Assembly: GCA_041686025.1 (NCBI GenBank)
Contig: JAWLEP010000011.1
Location: 1-42,611, forward strand
DNA from: Candidatus Fermentibacteraceae bacterium
GTDB taxonomy: Bacteria; Fermentibacterota; Fermentibacteria; Fermentibacterales; JCC-6
Reading direction: 5' to 3'
DNA: 42,611 nucleotides
How positions within the stretch are numbered: the first letter of the stretch is position 1; every line of letters starts with the position of its first letter. The position numbers and the translations under genes are program-made. Shown piece by piece: positions 26,156-34,603 of this stretch. The notes below the pieces were generated by a model. It was given only the letters and a program-made list of their open reading frames with translations, did no database searches and was not told the origin of the DNA.

Positions 26156-26448
26156 AGATGCAGAAAATCTGGATCTGGCTGCTGCTGGCGACGGCCGCCG
26201 TCGCCATGGCCGGGACGATAACCATACGCAACCCCAACCCCACCATAGCCACGGTGGAGCTCTACTGGCAGGAGGAGGGCTACACCTACGGGCCCTACGG
26301 CATACCGGCCTTCACCACCAAGAGCTTCGAGGTGGAGGACGGCACCTACGACATCCACGTGGACAACGGCAACGATGACATCTACATAATCGACGACGTC
26401 GAGGTGGGAGACCAGGACTCGGGGTACTACCACGAGGTGAGGGACTAG
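26152..26448 (+). CDS. Small secreted acidic beta-rich protein
   Basis: Signal peptide ending AVAMA; beta-strand pattern with GTYDIHV; ATGA overlap with the TPR gene; coding-like codon usage. Confidence 0.7.
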   Translation: MKMQKIWIWLLLATAAVAMAGTITIRNPNPTIATVELYWQEEGYTYGPYGIPAFTTKSFEVEDGTYDIHVDNGNDDIYIIDDVEVGDQDSGYYHEVRD

Positions 26449-26460
26449 CCGGCTGCGGCC

Positions 26461-27999
26461 CTAACCCAGCCAGATGTCGCGGTCCAGCGTGCGGTAGGCC
26501 ACCGCCTCGGAGACGTGGCGGGGGGCTGTGCCCCCCGTCCCCTCCAGGTCGGCCGCCGTCCTGGCCATCCTGAGTATCCGGTGGTAGGCCCGCGCCGACA
26601 GGCCGTAGCCGTCCATGGCCTGCTCCAGGAGCCGGTTGGACTCCGGGGACAGGACGCATATCTCCTCGGTCATGGAGGCCGGCATGTCGGCGTTGCAGTG
26701 GACTCCCTCCACCCCGGCGAACCGCTGCGTCTGCCTCCTCCTCGCCTCCATGACCCTCCGGCGGATACGGGCGGAGGTCTCCCCGGCGCATTCGGGGCCG
26801 GAGGCGAGGTCGGAGTACTCCACCGGCGCCACCTCGGCATGGATGTCGATCCGGTCCAGCAGGGGTCCGGAGACCCGGGCCATGTAGCGCTTGATCTCGC
26901 CGTAGGTGCAGCTGCAGGACCTCCCCGGATGGGTGCTGTAGCCGCAGGGGCAGGGGTTCATGGCGGCGGCCAGCATGAAGCGGGCCGGGTAGGTGACGGT
27001 CATGGAGGCCCTGGCGATGGTCACCTCGCCGTCCTCCATGGGCTGCCGCAGGACCTCCAGGGAGCTGCGCCGGAACTCCGGCAGCTCGTCGAGGAAGAGC
27101 ACTCCGTTGTGGGCCAGGCTCACCTCCCCCGGCCTGGGGGTGGAGCCGCCCCCCGTAAGGCCGGCGTCGGACACCGTATGATGGGGTGACCGGAACGGCC
27201 TTCTGGCCACCAGCGGGCTCTCGCCGGAGAGCGCCCCGGCCACGCTGTGCACCATGGTGGTCTCTATGGCCTCCTCGCGCTCCATGGGGGGAAGGATGGA
27301 GGGCAGCCTCCTGGCCAGCATCGTCTTGCCCGAACCGGGGGGCCCGATCATCAGGACGTTGTGACCCCCGGCCGCCGCCATCTCCATGGCCCGTCTGGCC
27401 TGCTCCTGGCCCCGGACGTCGGCCATGTCCGGAGCCCCGGGCCCCGTCTCCGGAGGCGCGGCGGCCTCATCCGGGCTCTGCAGGCGGGCCTCGCCACGCA
27501 GGTGGGCCACCACCTCTCCCAGGCTGCCGGCGGCCAGCAGCGGCTCCACCTCCGCCAGGGCCGCCTCCGGGCCGCTTCCTGCCGGGACCACCAGGCCCCT
27601 GTGGTCCAGCTCCGAGGCTCCCGCGGCCATGGGCAGCATGCCCCGAACCGGCCGCAGCCTGCCGTCCAGGGAGAGCTCCCCCACGAAGATCCGCCCCTCC
27701 AGCTCCCCGGGGGGAACCGTTCCCGCGGCGGCCAGCAGGCAGAGGGCTATGGGAAGGTCCAGTCCGGAGCCCTCCTTGCGCCGGTAGGCGGGGGCGAGGT
27801 TGACCGTGATCTTCTGGCCGGGGAGGCTGTAGCCCAGGTTGGCTATGGCGGCGCTGACCCGCTGGCGGGACTCCTTCACGGCGCTGTCGGGAAGGCCCAC
27901 CATGCTGAAGGTGGGCAGGCCCCTTCCGGTGCTTACCTCCACCTCCACCGGCAGGGCCCTTATTCCCCTCAGTCCCAGCCCCATGGTTCTGGCTATCAT
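26461..27999 (-). CDS. comM: YifB/ComM Mg-chelatase-like AAA+ ATPase (competence helicase)
   Basis: VGLPDSAVKESR, NLAPA..RKEG..DLPIA, Walker A GPPGSGKT, PFRSPHH, GEVSLAHNGVLFLDELPEF, NPCPCG and SGPLLDRID. Confidence 0.97.
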   Translation of the reverse strand: MIARTMGLGLRGIRALPVEVEVSTGRGLPTFSMVGLPDSAVKESRQRVSAAIANLGYSLPGQKITVNLAPAYRRKEGSGLDLPIALCLLAAAGTVPPGELEGRIFVGELSLDGRLRPVRGMLPMAAGASELDHRGLVVPAGSGPEAALAEVEPLLAAGSLGEVVAHLRGEARLQSPDEAAAPPETGPGAPDMADVRGQEQARRAMEMAAAGGHNVLMIGPPGSGKTMLARRLPSILPPMEREEAIETTMVHSVAGALSGESPLVARRPFRSPHHTVSDAGLTGGGSTPRPGEVSLAHNGVLFLDELPEFRRSSLEVLRQPMEDGEVTIARASMTVTYPARFMLAAAMNPCPCGYSTHPGRSCSCTYGEIKRYMARVSGPLLDRIDIHAEVAPVEYSDLASGPECAGETSARIRRRVMEARRRQTQRFAGVEGVHCNADMPASMTEEICVLSPESNRLLEQAMDGYGLSARAYHRILRMARTAADLEGTGGTAPRHVSEAVAYRTLDRDIWLG

Positions 28000-28077
28000 G
28001 CAACCCCGTCCTCAGGCGACTCCGCGGCGGTCCTGTGGACACTATCGGGGAACGCCGGCTGCATCAAGGCCCGGGTC

Positions 28078-28446
28078 TCAGACCGTGTAGTCGCCCCGCG
28101 GGCGGAAGGCCGAGGGCATGTAGCTCATGGAGAAGCTCCCCGGCTCGCCCCGGACCTCGGCCAGGTCGAACCGGCAGTCGGCGGTTATGTCCCGCTGTGC
28201 GAGAAAGGCCGCCGCGGCCCGGGATATGTGGTCGCGCTTGCGCCGGTCGAGCTTCTGGGGGACCATGGTGCGGCTCCCCGCGGAGGCCATCTTCACCTCC
28301 ACGAAGGCCACGGTGCTCCCGCGGCGGGCCACCAGGTCCAGCTCCAGCCTGTGCCAGCGCCAGTTCCGGGCCAGGATGCTCCATCCGCGGTCCCGCAGCC
28401 AGGAGGCCGCGAACTCCTCGGCCGCCCTCCAGTCCCCCCTGCTCAC
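28078..28446 (-). CDS. yraN: YraN (UPF0102) family putative nuclease
   Basis: GWSILARNWR..ELDLVA...FVEVK and CRFD motifs; GTG start overlapping the rnhB stop (GTGA). Confidence 0.9.
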   Translation of the reverse strand: MSRGDWRAAEEFAASWLRDRGWSILARNWRWHRLELDLVARRGSTVAFVEVKMASAGSRTMVPQKLDRRKRDHISRAAAAFLAQRDITADCRFDLAEVRGEPGSFSMSYMPSAFRPRGDYTV

Positions 28447-29105
28447 AGCTCCAGCTCCAGCTGGCGGTCCCGGAGCGGCGCGAAGCTGCGGCGGTGTATG
28501 GGGGTGGGCCCCAGCCTGCGCAGGGCCTCCATGTGCCCCGCGGTGCCGTAGCCCTTGTGGGAGGCGAAGCCGTATCCGGGGAAGACGCCGTCCATGCGGA
28601 CCATGTAGTCGTCCCTGGTCACCTTGGCCACCACGCTGGCGCAGGCGATGGAGAGGCTGGAGGAGTCCCCCCCGACCACGAAGCGGCACCGAAAGGGGAG
28701 GTCGGACACCGGAAGGCCGTCCACCAGGGCCAGGTCCACGGGAACCCCCAGCCTGGCGTGTGCCCGCAGGAAGGCCAGGCGGCAGGCGGCGGCCATGCCC
28801 AGACTGTCTATCTCGGCGTTTCCCACCCATCCCACGCCCACCGCCGCGGCGGTTCGCACTATGGCGGGCAGAAGGCGTCGGCGGGAGGAGTCGGAGAGCC
28901 TCTTGCTGTCATCGACGCCGGCCAGGGGACCTCCGTCCCCGCCCGCCCCGGCATCCGGGGGGAGGACCACGGCGGATGCCACAAGGGGGCCCGCCAGGGG
29001 CCCCCTTCCAGCTTCGTCGATTCCCGCCAGCAGCCGGCTGCCGCCCCGGGCCAGCCTGTCGAAACGGAGAAGGCGGCCGGCGGCCTCGGCCATCTCCCCG
29101 CTCAA
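28443..29105 (-). CDS. rnhB: Ribonuclease HII
   Basis: AGIDEAGRGPLAGP, DSK, LVDG, GD..S.SIA.ASVVAKVTRD, HKGYGT and HRRSF. Confidence 0.96.
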   Translation of the reverse strand: MSGEMAEAAGRLLRFDRLARGGSRLLAGIDEAGRGPLAGPLVASAVVLPPDAGAGGDGGPLAGVDDSKRLSDSSRRRLLPAIVRTAAAVGVGWVGNAEIDSLGMAAACRLAFLRAHARLGVPVDLALVDGLPVSDLPFRCRFVVGGDSSSLSIACASVVAKVTRDDYMVRMDGVFPGYGFASHKGYGTAGHMEALRRLGPTPIHRRSFAPLRDRQLELEL

Positions 29106-29110
29106 GGCTC

Positions 29111-29473
29111 CTACCCTTCGGTCTTGAAGGTTCTCTTCTCCCTGATGCGGGCGGCCTTGCCCTTCTTCTTGCGAAGGTAGTAGAGCTTGGCCCGGCGGAC
29201 CTTGCCGCGGCGGGTCACCTCCAGGCTCACCAGCTTGGGAGTGTGTATGGGGAACACCCGCTCCACGCCGATGCCGCCGGACACCTTGCGCACGGTGAAC
29301 GTCTCCGAGCAGCCCCCGCCCTTGCGGGCGATCACCACTCCCTCGAACACCTGCGGCCTCTCCTTGCTGCCCTCGATGACCTTGTAGTGCACGCGGACGG
29401 TGTCTCCCGGCTCGAAGTCCGGGAGGTCGTCCCGCATGTGCTGGGCCTCGTACTTCTGCATCACGTCGCTCAT
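29111..29473 (-). CDS. rplS: 50S ribosomal protein L19
   Basis: [28 protein letters not shown] and [12 protein letters not shown]. Confidence 0.98.
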   Translation of the reverse strand: MSDVMQKYEAQHMRDDLPDFEPGDTVRVHYKVIEGSKERPQVFEGVVIARKGGGCSETFTVRKVSGGIGVERVFPIHTPKLVSLEVTRRGKVRRAKLYYLRKKKGKAARIREKRTFKTEG

Positions 29474-29474
29474 A

Positions 29475-30218
29475 TTACCGCTCCCCGCCTCTCTCGGCGT
29501 CTCTCATGGCCCCCATGAAGGCGCTCCGGAGCCGGTCCGGATCGGCATCCTCCAGCAGGTCGGGCCTGTATCGTCTCGTTCTCTCCAGCGCTCTCTCGAA
29601 CCTCCAGCCTGCGATTGCCGCATGGTCTCCGGAGAGCAGCACGTCCGGGACCTTCATTCCCCGGAACTCCGCCGGCCTGGTGTACCTGGGGTAGTCCAGA
29701 AGCCCGGTGGCGTAGCTGTCCGACCGCGCCGACTCCATCCTGCCCAGCACGCCGGGCACCCACCGGAGCACGGTCTCCAGGAGGAGCATGGCCGGAACCT
29801 CGCCTCCGGAGGCCACGGCCCCGCCCACCGATACCCGGTCGGTCACCGCCTCCCTGCGGAAGCGGTCGTCCACTCCCCCGTACCGGCCACAGAAGATAAT
29901 CATACGATCCTCTTCCGCAAGCTCCCGGGCCAGATCGTGATCCAGCCGCCGGCCCACCGGGCTCATCAGCACCACCCGGGCACCCTCCCGCCAGGGGACC
30001 TCCTCCAGGGTGGCGAAGAGCGGCTCGGGGCGCATGACCATTCCCGCCCCCCCGCCGAACTGGTAGTCGTCCACGGAACCCCTGGCGTCCACCGCATGGC
30101 GCCTGATGTCGTAGAGCTCGATGTCGAACCGCCCGTCCTCCAGCCCCCTGGCCACCACGCCCAGGCGCAGGAAGGGGTCGAAGAGGTCGGGGAAGAGGGT
30201 TGCCACCGCCACTCTCAC
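29475..30218 (-). CDS. trmD: tRNA (guanine37-N1)-methyltransferase
   Basis: [38 protein letters not shown] and [13 protein letters not shown] start at 30218 overlapping the rimM stop. Confidence 0.95.
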   Translation of the reverse strand: MRVAVATLFPDLFDPFLRLGVVARGLEDGRFDIELYDIRRHAVDARGSVDDYQFGGGAGMVMRPEPLFATLEEVPWREGARVVLMSPVGRRLDHDLARELAEEDRMIIFCGRYGGVDDRFRREAVTDRVSVGGAVASGGEVPAMLLLETVLRWVPGVLGRMESARSDSYATGLLDYPRYTRPAEFRGMKVPDVLLSGDHAAIAGWRFERALERTRRYRPDLLEDADPDRLRSAFMGAMRDAERGGER

Positions 30219-30733
30219 GGCTTCAGAGCCTCCCGGAAGCCCTCGGGAAGCTCCACTCCGATGGTGCCCTCCGCCCAGTCGATTCCCCCCGGGTCCACCA
30301 GCGAAAGCGGGATGTCCAGGGCCTCGCGGCCCCGGCCCACGGTTATCAGCGGGTTGCCCCTCACCGGATGGAAGCCGGTCACCTCGGGGGGGCTGTCGCC
30401 TTCCGCCGCTCCGGGCACCCTCATGCCCAGCAGGGCCGGCAGGGGAATGCCCTGTCCGGCTTCGGCCAGGTCGCGAAGGTGCAGGCTCAGGGGGCTGCCG
30501 GCCAGCTCTTCGGCCCGCTCCCGGTCCGTCACCTCCCGCAGGTCCACCAGCATGTCCTCCGGTCCGGTGATCCTGCAGCGGGTTACGGTGAAGGCCTGGT
30601 CTCCCAGCAGCACCGCGGTCTCCGGCTCCAGCGGCAGCGGGGGCTCGCTGAGGTACACTCTCAGGGCCAGCCTGCCCCGCAGCCCGTGCGCCCGGCGCAC
30701 GTGGCCCGTACGGGCCCATTCCTGAGGGGTCAA
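30215..30733 (-). CDS. rimM: Ribosome maturation factor RimM
   Basis: HGLRG, DRERAEELAG, LLGMRV and IP..IDW..GTI; canonical position between khpA and trmD; divergent sequence. Confidence 0.85.
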   Translation of the reverse strand: MTPQEWARTGHVRRAHGLRGRLALRVYLSEPPLPLEPETAVLLGDQAFTVTRCRITGPEDMLVDLREVTDRERAEELAGSPLSLHLRDLAEAGQGIPLPALLGMRVPGAAEGDSPPEVTGFHPVRGNPLITVGRGREALDIPLSLVDPGGIDWAEGTIGVELPEGFREALKP

Positions 30734-30739
30734 GGTTCC

Positions 30740-30970
30740 TCAGTCGATTATCTCGATGGTGGCCTTCTCACCGAGCCTGGCGGCGGCCGATCTGATGATC
30801 ACGCGCATGGCCTTGGCGATCCGGCCCTCCCGGCCGATGACCCTTCCAAGGTCCTGCTCTGCGACCCTGAGCTCGTAGACGGTAACGTCCTCCTCCTGCT
30901 TCTCCTCCACGGAGACCGCAAGGGGATCCTCCACCAGAGTCTTGGCCATAAGCTCGACGAGATCCTTCAT
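30740..30970 (-). CDS. khpA: KH domain RNA-binding protein KhpA
   Basis: MKDLVE...LVEDP..V.V, DLGRVIGREGRIAKAMR; follows rpsP. Confidence 0.93.
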   Translation of the reverse strand: MKDLVELMAKTLVEDPLAVSVEEKQEEDVTVYELRVAEQDLGRVIGREGRIAKAMRVIIRSAAARLGEKATIEIID

Positions 30971-31028
30971 GGGGCACCCTCCAGTCGTCTTGGTTGATCG
31001 GGCTCGGACCCGCCCGCAGGCGGGCCGT

Positions 31029-31367
31029 TTACTCGGGGTCGGGCGTAGTTCGCTTGTCCCCTCTGATGAAGATCACCTCTGCTTCGATATCTTCACCGCC
31101 CTGCTTGATCCTGCTCCACTTCTCCCAGGTGCCCGTCTTCCGCAAGAGGCTTCTGACGGTATCGGTGACCTGGGCACCGTCCTTCATCCACTTGAAGAAC
31201 CTCTCCTCGTCTATCTTCAGCTCCACGGGCTTCTTCAGCGGATCGTACCATCCCACCACGTCCAGAAAGCGGCCGTCGCGCGCCTTCCTGCTGTCCGCTG
31301 CCACAATCCTGTAGAAAGCCTGCCTGGAGCTTCCCATCCTCCTGAGACGGATCTTTACCAAACTCAA
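31029..31367 (-). CDS. rpsP: 30S ribosomal protein S16
   Basis: VKIRLRRMG, FYRIVAADSR..RDGRF, G.YDP and GAQVTDTVRSLL. Confidence 0.98.
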   Translation of the reverse strand: MSLVKIRLRRMGSSRQAFYRIVAADSRKARDGRFLDVVGWYDPLKKPVELKIDEERFFKWMKDGAQVTDTVRSLLRKTGTWEKWSRIKQGGEDIEAEVIFIRGDKRTTPDPE

Positions 31368-31380
31368 CCTCCGTTGGTCG

Positions 31381-32706
31381 TTATCTGAACATGCCGGGCA
31401 GACCTGCCGCCGGCATCTTCATGCCTTTGCCCATCCGCTTCATCATCTTCTTCATCGTCCGGAACTCCCGCAGCAGCCTGTTGACGTCGCTGACCCGGGT
31501 CCCGCTGCCTGCGGCGATGCGCCGCCGCCGGCTGCCGTCTATTATACCCGGTCTGCCGCGCTCGTCGGGGGTCATGGAGTTGATGATGGCCTCCATCCGG
31601 TCCATGTCCGAGGTGTCGAAGTCCGCCGCCGGCCTCATGGACCGGGGCAGCATGGCCATCAGGTCCCCCAGCGACCCCATCTTCCTTATCCTGCGTATCT
31701 CCCCGGCGAAGTCCTCCAGGGTGAAGGTCTGGCTCCGCAGCTTCTTCTGAAGCTCCTCGGCCTCCTTCTCGTCGAAGGCCTCCTGGGCCTTCTCCACCAT
31801 CCCCAGGACGTCGCCCATGCCCAGTATCCTCCGGGCCATGCGGTCGGGGTCCATCAGCTCGATGCCGTCCATGTCCTCGCCGGTGCCCACGAAGCGCACG
31901 GGCTTTCCCGTAACCGCCTTGAAGGAGAGGACGGCTCCCCCCCGGGAGTCGCCGTCCATCTTGGTGATCACGGCGCCGTCGTACCCCACGGCGGCGTCGA
32001 ACTCCTCGGCCACGGTTACCGCGTCCTGGCCGGAGAGGCCGTCCAGCACCAGCATGGTCTCGGCGGGGTCGGCGGCCCGGTGCATGCTGCGCAGCTCCTC
32101 CATGAGCTCGGCGTCGACGTGCAGGCGCCCGGAGGTGTCCACTATTGCCGCGTCCCAGCCGTCCCTGCGGGCCTGCCGAAGGCCCTCCTGCAGCAGCTGG
32201 CGGGGGTCTGTGGCCTCCCGGCGCCCGTAGAACCCGGCACCTGCGGAGGAGGCCACCTTCTCCAGCTGGTCAACCGCCGCCGGCCTTCTCAGGTCGCAGG
32301 CCAGCAGGATCGACCTCTTGCCGTGGCTCTTCTCCAGCCAGCGGGCCAGCCTTCCGGCGGTGGTGGTCTTCCCCGAGCCCTGCAGGCCCATGAGCATGTA
32401 TACCACCGGCGGGCTGCCCTCCAGCCTGGGTGGCGACTGGCTGCTGCCCAGCAGCTCCACCAGCTGGTCGTGGACCACCTTCACCACCTGCTGGCCGGGG
32501 GTGAGGCTTCCCAGCACCCGCTCGCCGGTGGCCTCGGCGGCGACGTCCCTGACGAACCGCTTCGCCACCCGGAAGTTCACGTCGGCCTCCAGAAGGGCCC
32601 TGCGGATCTCCCGCATGGCGTCCCTCACGTCCTTCTCGGTAAGCTTTCCGCGGCCCCGCAGCCTCCTGAAGGTGGCCGAGAGCCGGTCGGTAAGCGTGTC
32701 GAACAA
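31381..32706 (-). CDS. ffh: Signal recognition particle protein Ffh
   Basis: MFDTLTDRL, ALLEADV, GLQGSGKTT, DTSGR, TKMDGDSRGG, RILGMGD and a Met-rich M domain (SRRRRIA.GSG). Confidence 0.98.
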   Translation of the reverse strand: MFDTLTDRLSATFRRLRGRGKLTEKDVRDAMREIRRALLEADVNFRVAKRFVRDVAAEATGERVLGSLTPGQQVVKVVHDQLVELLGSSQSPPRLEGSPPVVYMLMGLQGSGKTTTAGRLARWLEKSHGKRSILLACDLRRPAAVDQLEKVASSAGAGFYGRREATDPRQLLQEGLRQARRDGWDAAIVDTSGRLHVDAELMEELRSMHRAADPAETMLVLDGLSGQDAVTVAEEFDAAVGYDGAVITKMDGDSRGGAVLSFKAVTGKPVRFVGTGEDMDGIELMDPDRMARRILGMGDVLGMVEKAQEAFDEKEAEELQKKLRSQTFTLEDFAGEIRRIRKMGSLGDLMAMLPRSMRPAADFDTSDMDRMEAIINSMTPDERGRPGIIDGSRRRRIAAGSGTRVSDVNRLLREFRTMKKMMKRMGKGMKMPAAGLPGMFR

Positions 32707-32784
32707 GCCTCGGGCTCCCCTCCACGATGGCGGGATGCACCCGCACCCCGCCGTTCCGAAAACGGCTCTGCTCTGCAGTCAGCA

Positions 32785-32813
32785 AGTATAGTCGATGCCG
32801 GACGGCCGTTCAA
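32785..32813 (-). promoter_or_regulatory. Sigma70-type promoter of the ffh-rpsP-khpA-rimM-trmD-rplS operon
   Basis: Minus strand TTGAAC-N17-TATACT, near consensus, about 80 nt upstream of ffh. Confidence 0.7.
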
Positions 32814-32821
32814 GTGTTTGT

Positions 32822-33169
32822 CTACAGGAGGTCTGTGCTCCTTCGGCCGTGTCCTTCGGGGCAGGTCACCACCAGGTCCCCGTCCCGGATCTCCAGGGAG
32901 TAGGGAAGGTCCGACTGGGGGCAGGAGGTCAGGCTGTCGCCCAGCAGGAGGGCCACCGAGTCCAGGGCGGCCGCGTCGGGCTCCTCCAGGTCCAGCATCA
33001 GCCCCTGCAGGCGAAAGGCCAGACTGTCCATCCTGTTGAGGCAGCGGGTCCTGTAGAGACGCAGCCTCAGCTCCTCCACGCCCCCTCCGGAGGACTGGGA
33101 GGAGGGCCCGCAGGAGGCAAGGATGACCAGGAGGGCAGCCACGGCCGCCGGGGCGGCAGGGCGTCTCAC
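32822..33169 (-). CDS. Hypothetical lipoprotein
   Basis: Lipobox LAS-C after a hydrophobic stretch; CP...Y...V.CP.GHG C-terminal motif; GTGA overlap with the rpe stop. Confidence 0.65.
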   Translation of the reverse strand: MRRPAAPAAVAALLVILASCGPSSQSSGGGVEELRLRLYRTRCLNRMDSLAFRLQGLMLDLEEPDAAALDSVALLLGDSLTSCPQSDLPYSLEIRDGDLVVTCPEGHGRRSTDLL

Positions 33170-33834
33170 GGCCGGAGCCCGTCCATGGCCGCCCGGGGGT
33201 CGGGGGAGCCGGTGACGTAGGAGCCGGAGACCAGGACCCGGGCGCCGCTTCGAAGCAGGGCCGGCGCGTTGTCCGGGCCCACCCCCCCGTCCACGGCCAC
33301 CGCGGCGTCCTCCGCGCCGGCCTCATCCAGCATCTCCCTCACCGCGGCCACCTTGCCGTGCATGGACTCCATGTGGCTCTGGCCCCCGTAGCCCGGGTTC
33401 ACGGTCATCACCAGAACCAGGTCCAGCCTGTCGGCCGTCCACCGGACCAGATCCGGCGGAGTGGCCGGGTTGAGGGCCAGTCCCGCGGCGCAGCCCAGGT
33501 CGGCAATTCGGCCCAGAAGCCTGTCCATGTGCACCTCGGAGGACTCCGGATGGACTGTTATGGCGGCGCAGCCCGCGTCTGCGAAGGCGTCCACCAGCCG
33601 TGCCGGCCGGCTCACCATCAGGTGGGCGTCCACCGGTATGGACACCGCCCGGCACACCGACTCCGCCACTCCCGCGCCGAAGGTGAGCACCGGGACGAAG
33701 ACGCCGTCCATCACGTCGAGATGGATCATGTCGGCCCCTGCGGCCTCCATTCGCACGGCGGCCTCGCGGAGCAGGCCGTGGTCACAGCCCAGCAGCGAGG
33801 GGGCTATCACCGTGCCGTCGGGTATCGGGCCCAT
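33166..33834 (-). CDS. rpe: Ribulose-phosphate 3-epimerase
   Basis: IAPSLL, HLDVMDG.FVP..TFG, DAHLMV, LNPATP, MTVNPGYGGQ, VDGG and VSGS. Confidence 0.97.
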   Translation of the reverse strand: MGPIPDGTVIAPSLLGCDHGLLREAAVRMEAAGADMIHLDVMDGVFVPVLTFGAGVAESVCRAVSIPVDAHLMVSRPARLVDAFADAGCAAITVHPESSEVHMDRLLGRIADLGCAAGLALNPATPPDLVRWTADRLDLVLVMTVNPGYGGQSHMESMHGKVAAVREMLDEAGAEDAAVAVDGGVGPDNAPALLRSGARVLVSGSYVTGSPDPRAAMDGLRP

Positions 33835-33835
33835 C

Positions 33836-34603
33836 CTACCACTGCCCCCATCCGCTGCCCGGTGCGGCTCCGAGCTTGACCCGGACCGTGTCTCCCGACT
33901 GCAGGCCGGCTCCCGGAAGGGGCCGCTGCCACACCACCCTGCCGTCGCTGTCGGGGTCGGCCACGGAGCTGTCGCCCAGTACCACCAGGGCGGCGCCGTC
34001 CGTGGCCAGAAGGCTCTCCGCCTCCTCGGGCCGCAGGCCGGACAGCCGGGGCACTCCGGCCCAGCCGGTGGAGACCAGCAGACGCACCGGCTCCCGTACG
34101 GAGAGGCTGTCCTCCCGCCAGGGGGTCACGGAGATCACGTAGCCCTCGGGCACGGAGGGGCTGGGAACCCGCGACCTGCCGGCGGAGTAGAGCTGCCAGT
34201 CGGCCAGCAGCTCCTCGGCGTCGGCGGCGGGAATGCCCACCAGCTCGTCGGGGTGGTACTCGCGAGAGAGGGGGCCGGCGTTCCAGAAGACGTTCACCGA
34301 GGTACCGCGGGGGACCTCGGTGCCGGGGGCCGGGTCCTGGCTTATCACCAGGCCCATGCTCTCCATGGGCCCGTAGCGCGCCCACTGGCCGCCCAGCATA
34401 AGGTTGCTGGACTCTATCTCCCTCTCCGCCTCCTGGCGCGACCTCCCGCGGACGTCGGGTACGGTCACCGGAGCAGACGCCTGGCCCAGCGAAGACACGA
34501 AGCGGGGCGTCTGGAAGATGGCCGGGGCGGCCACCATCCCGGCAATTGCGGAAAGCAGCGCTCCGGAGACCAGAAGGATGGCCAGTCTCAGCCAGCGGCT
34601 CAT
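33836..34603 (-). CDS. PASTA domain-containing membrane protein (3 PASTA repeats, no kinase)
   Basis: N-terminal TM; VPDVRGRS..EA, VISQDP.PG..V, VPEGYVIS, VPRLSGL..EEA and VVWQRP.PG. Confidence 0.85.
   Translation of the reverse strand: MSRWLRLAILLVSGALLSAIAGMVAAPAIFQTPRFVSSLGQASAPVTVPDVRGRSRQEAEREIESSNLMLGGQWARYGPMESMGLVISQDPAPGTEVPRGTSVNVFWNAGPLSREYHPDELVGIPAADAEELLADWQLYSAGRSRVPSPSVPEGYVISVTPWREDSLSVREPVRLLVSTGWAGVPRLSGLRPEEAESLLATDGAALVVLGDSSVADPDSDGRVVWQRPLPGAGLQSGDTVRVKLGAAPGSGWGQW

Noticed and set aside
26440..27999. Mobile element inserted in comM
   Set aside because: comM is full length; no integrase, transposase or flanking direct repeats were seen around the TPR pair.
32707..32821. 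SRP RNA (ffs) next to ffh
   Set aside because: No SRP domain IV motif (CAGG...GGAA...AGCAG); the space is occupied by the promoter and a short leader.
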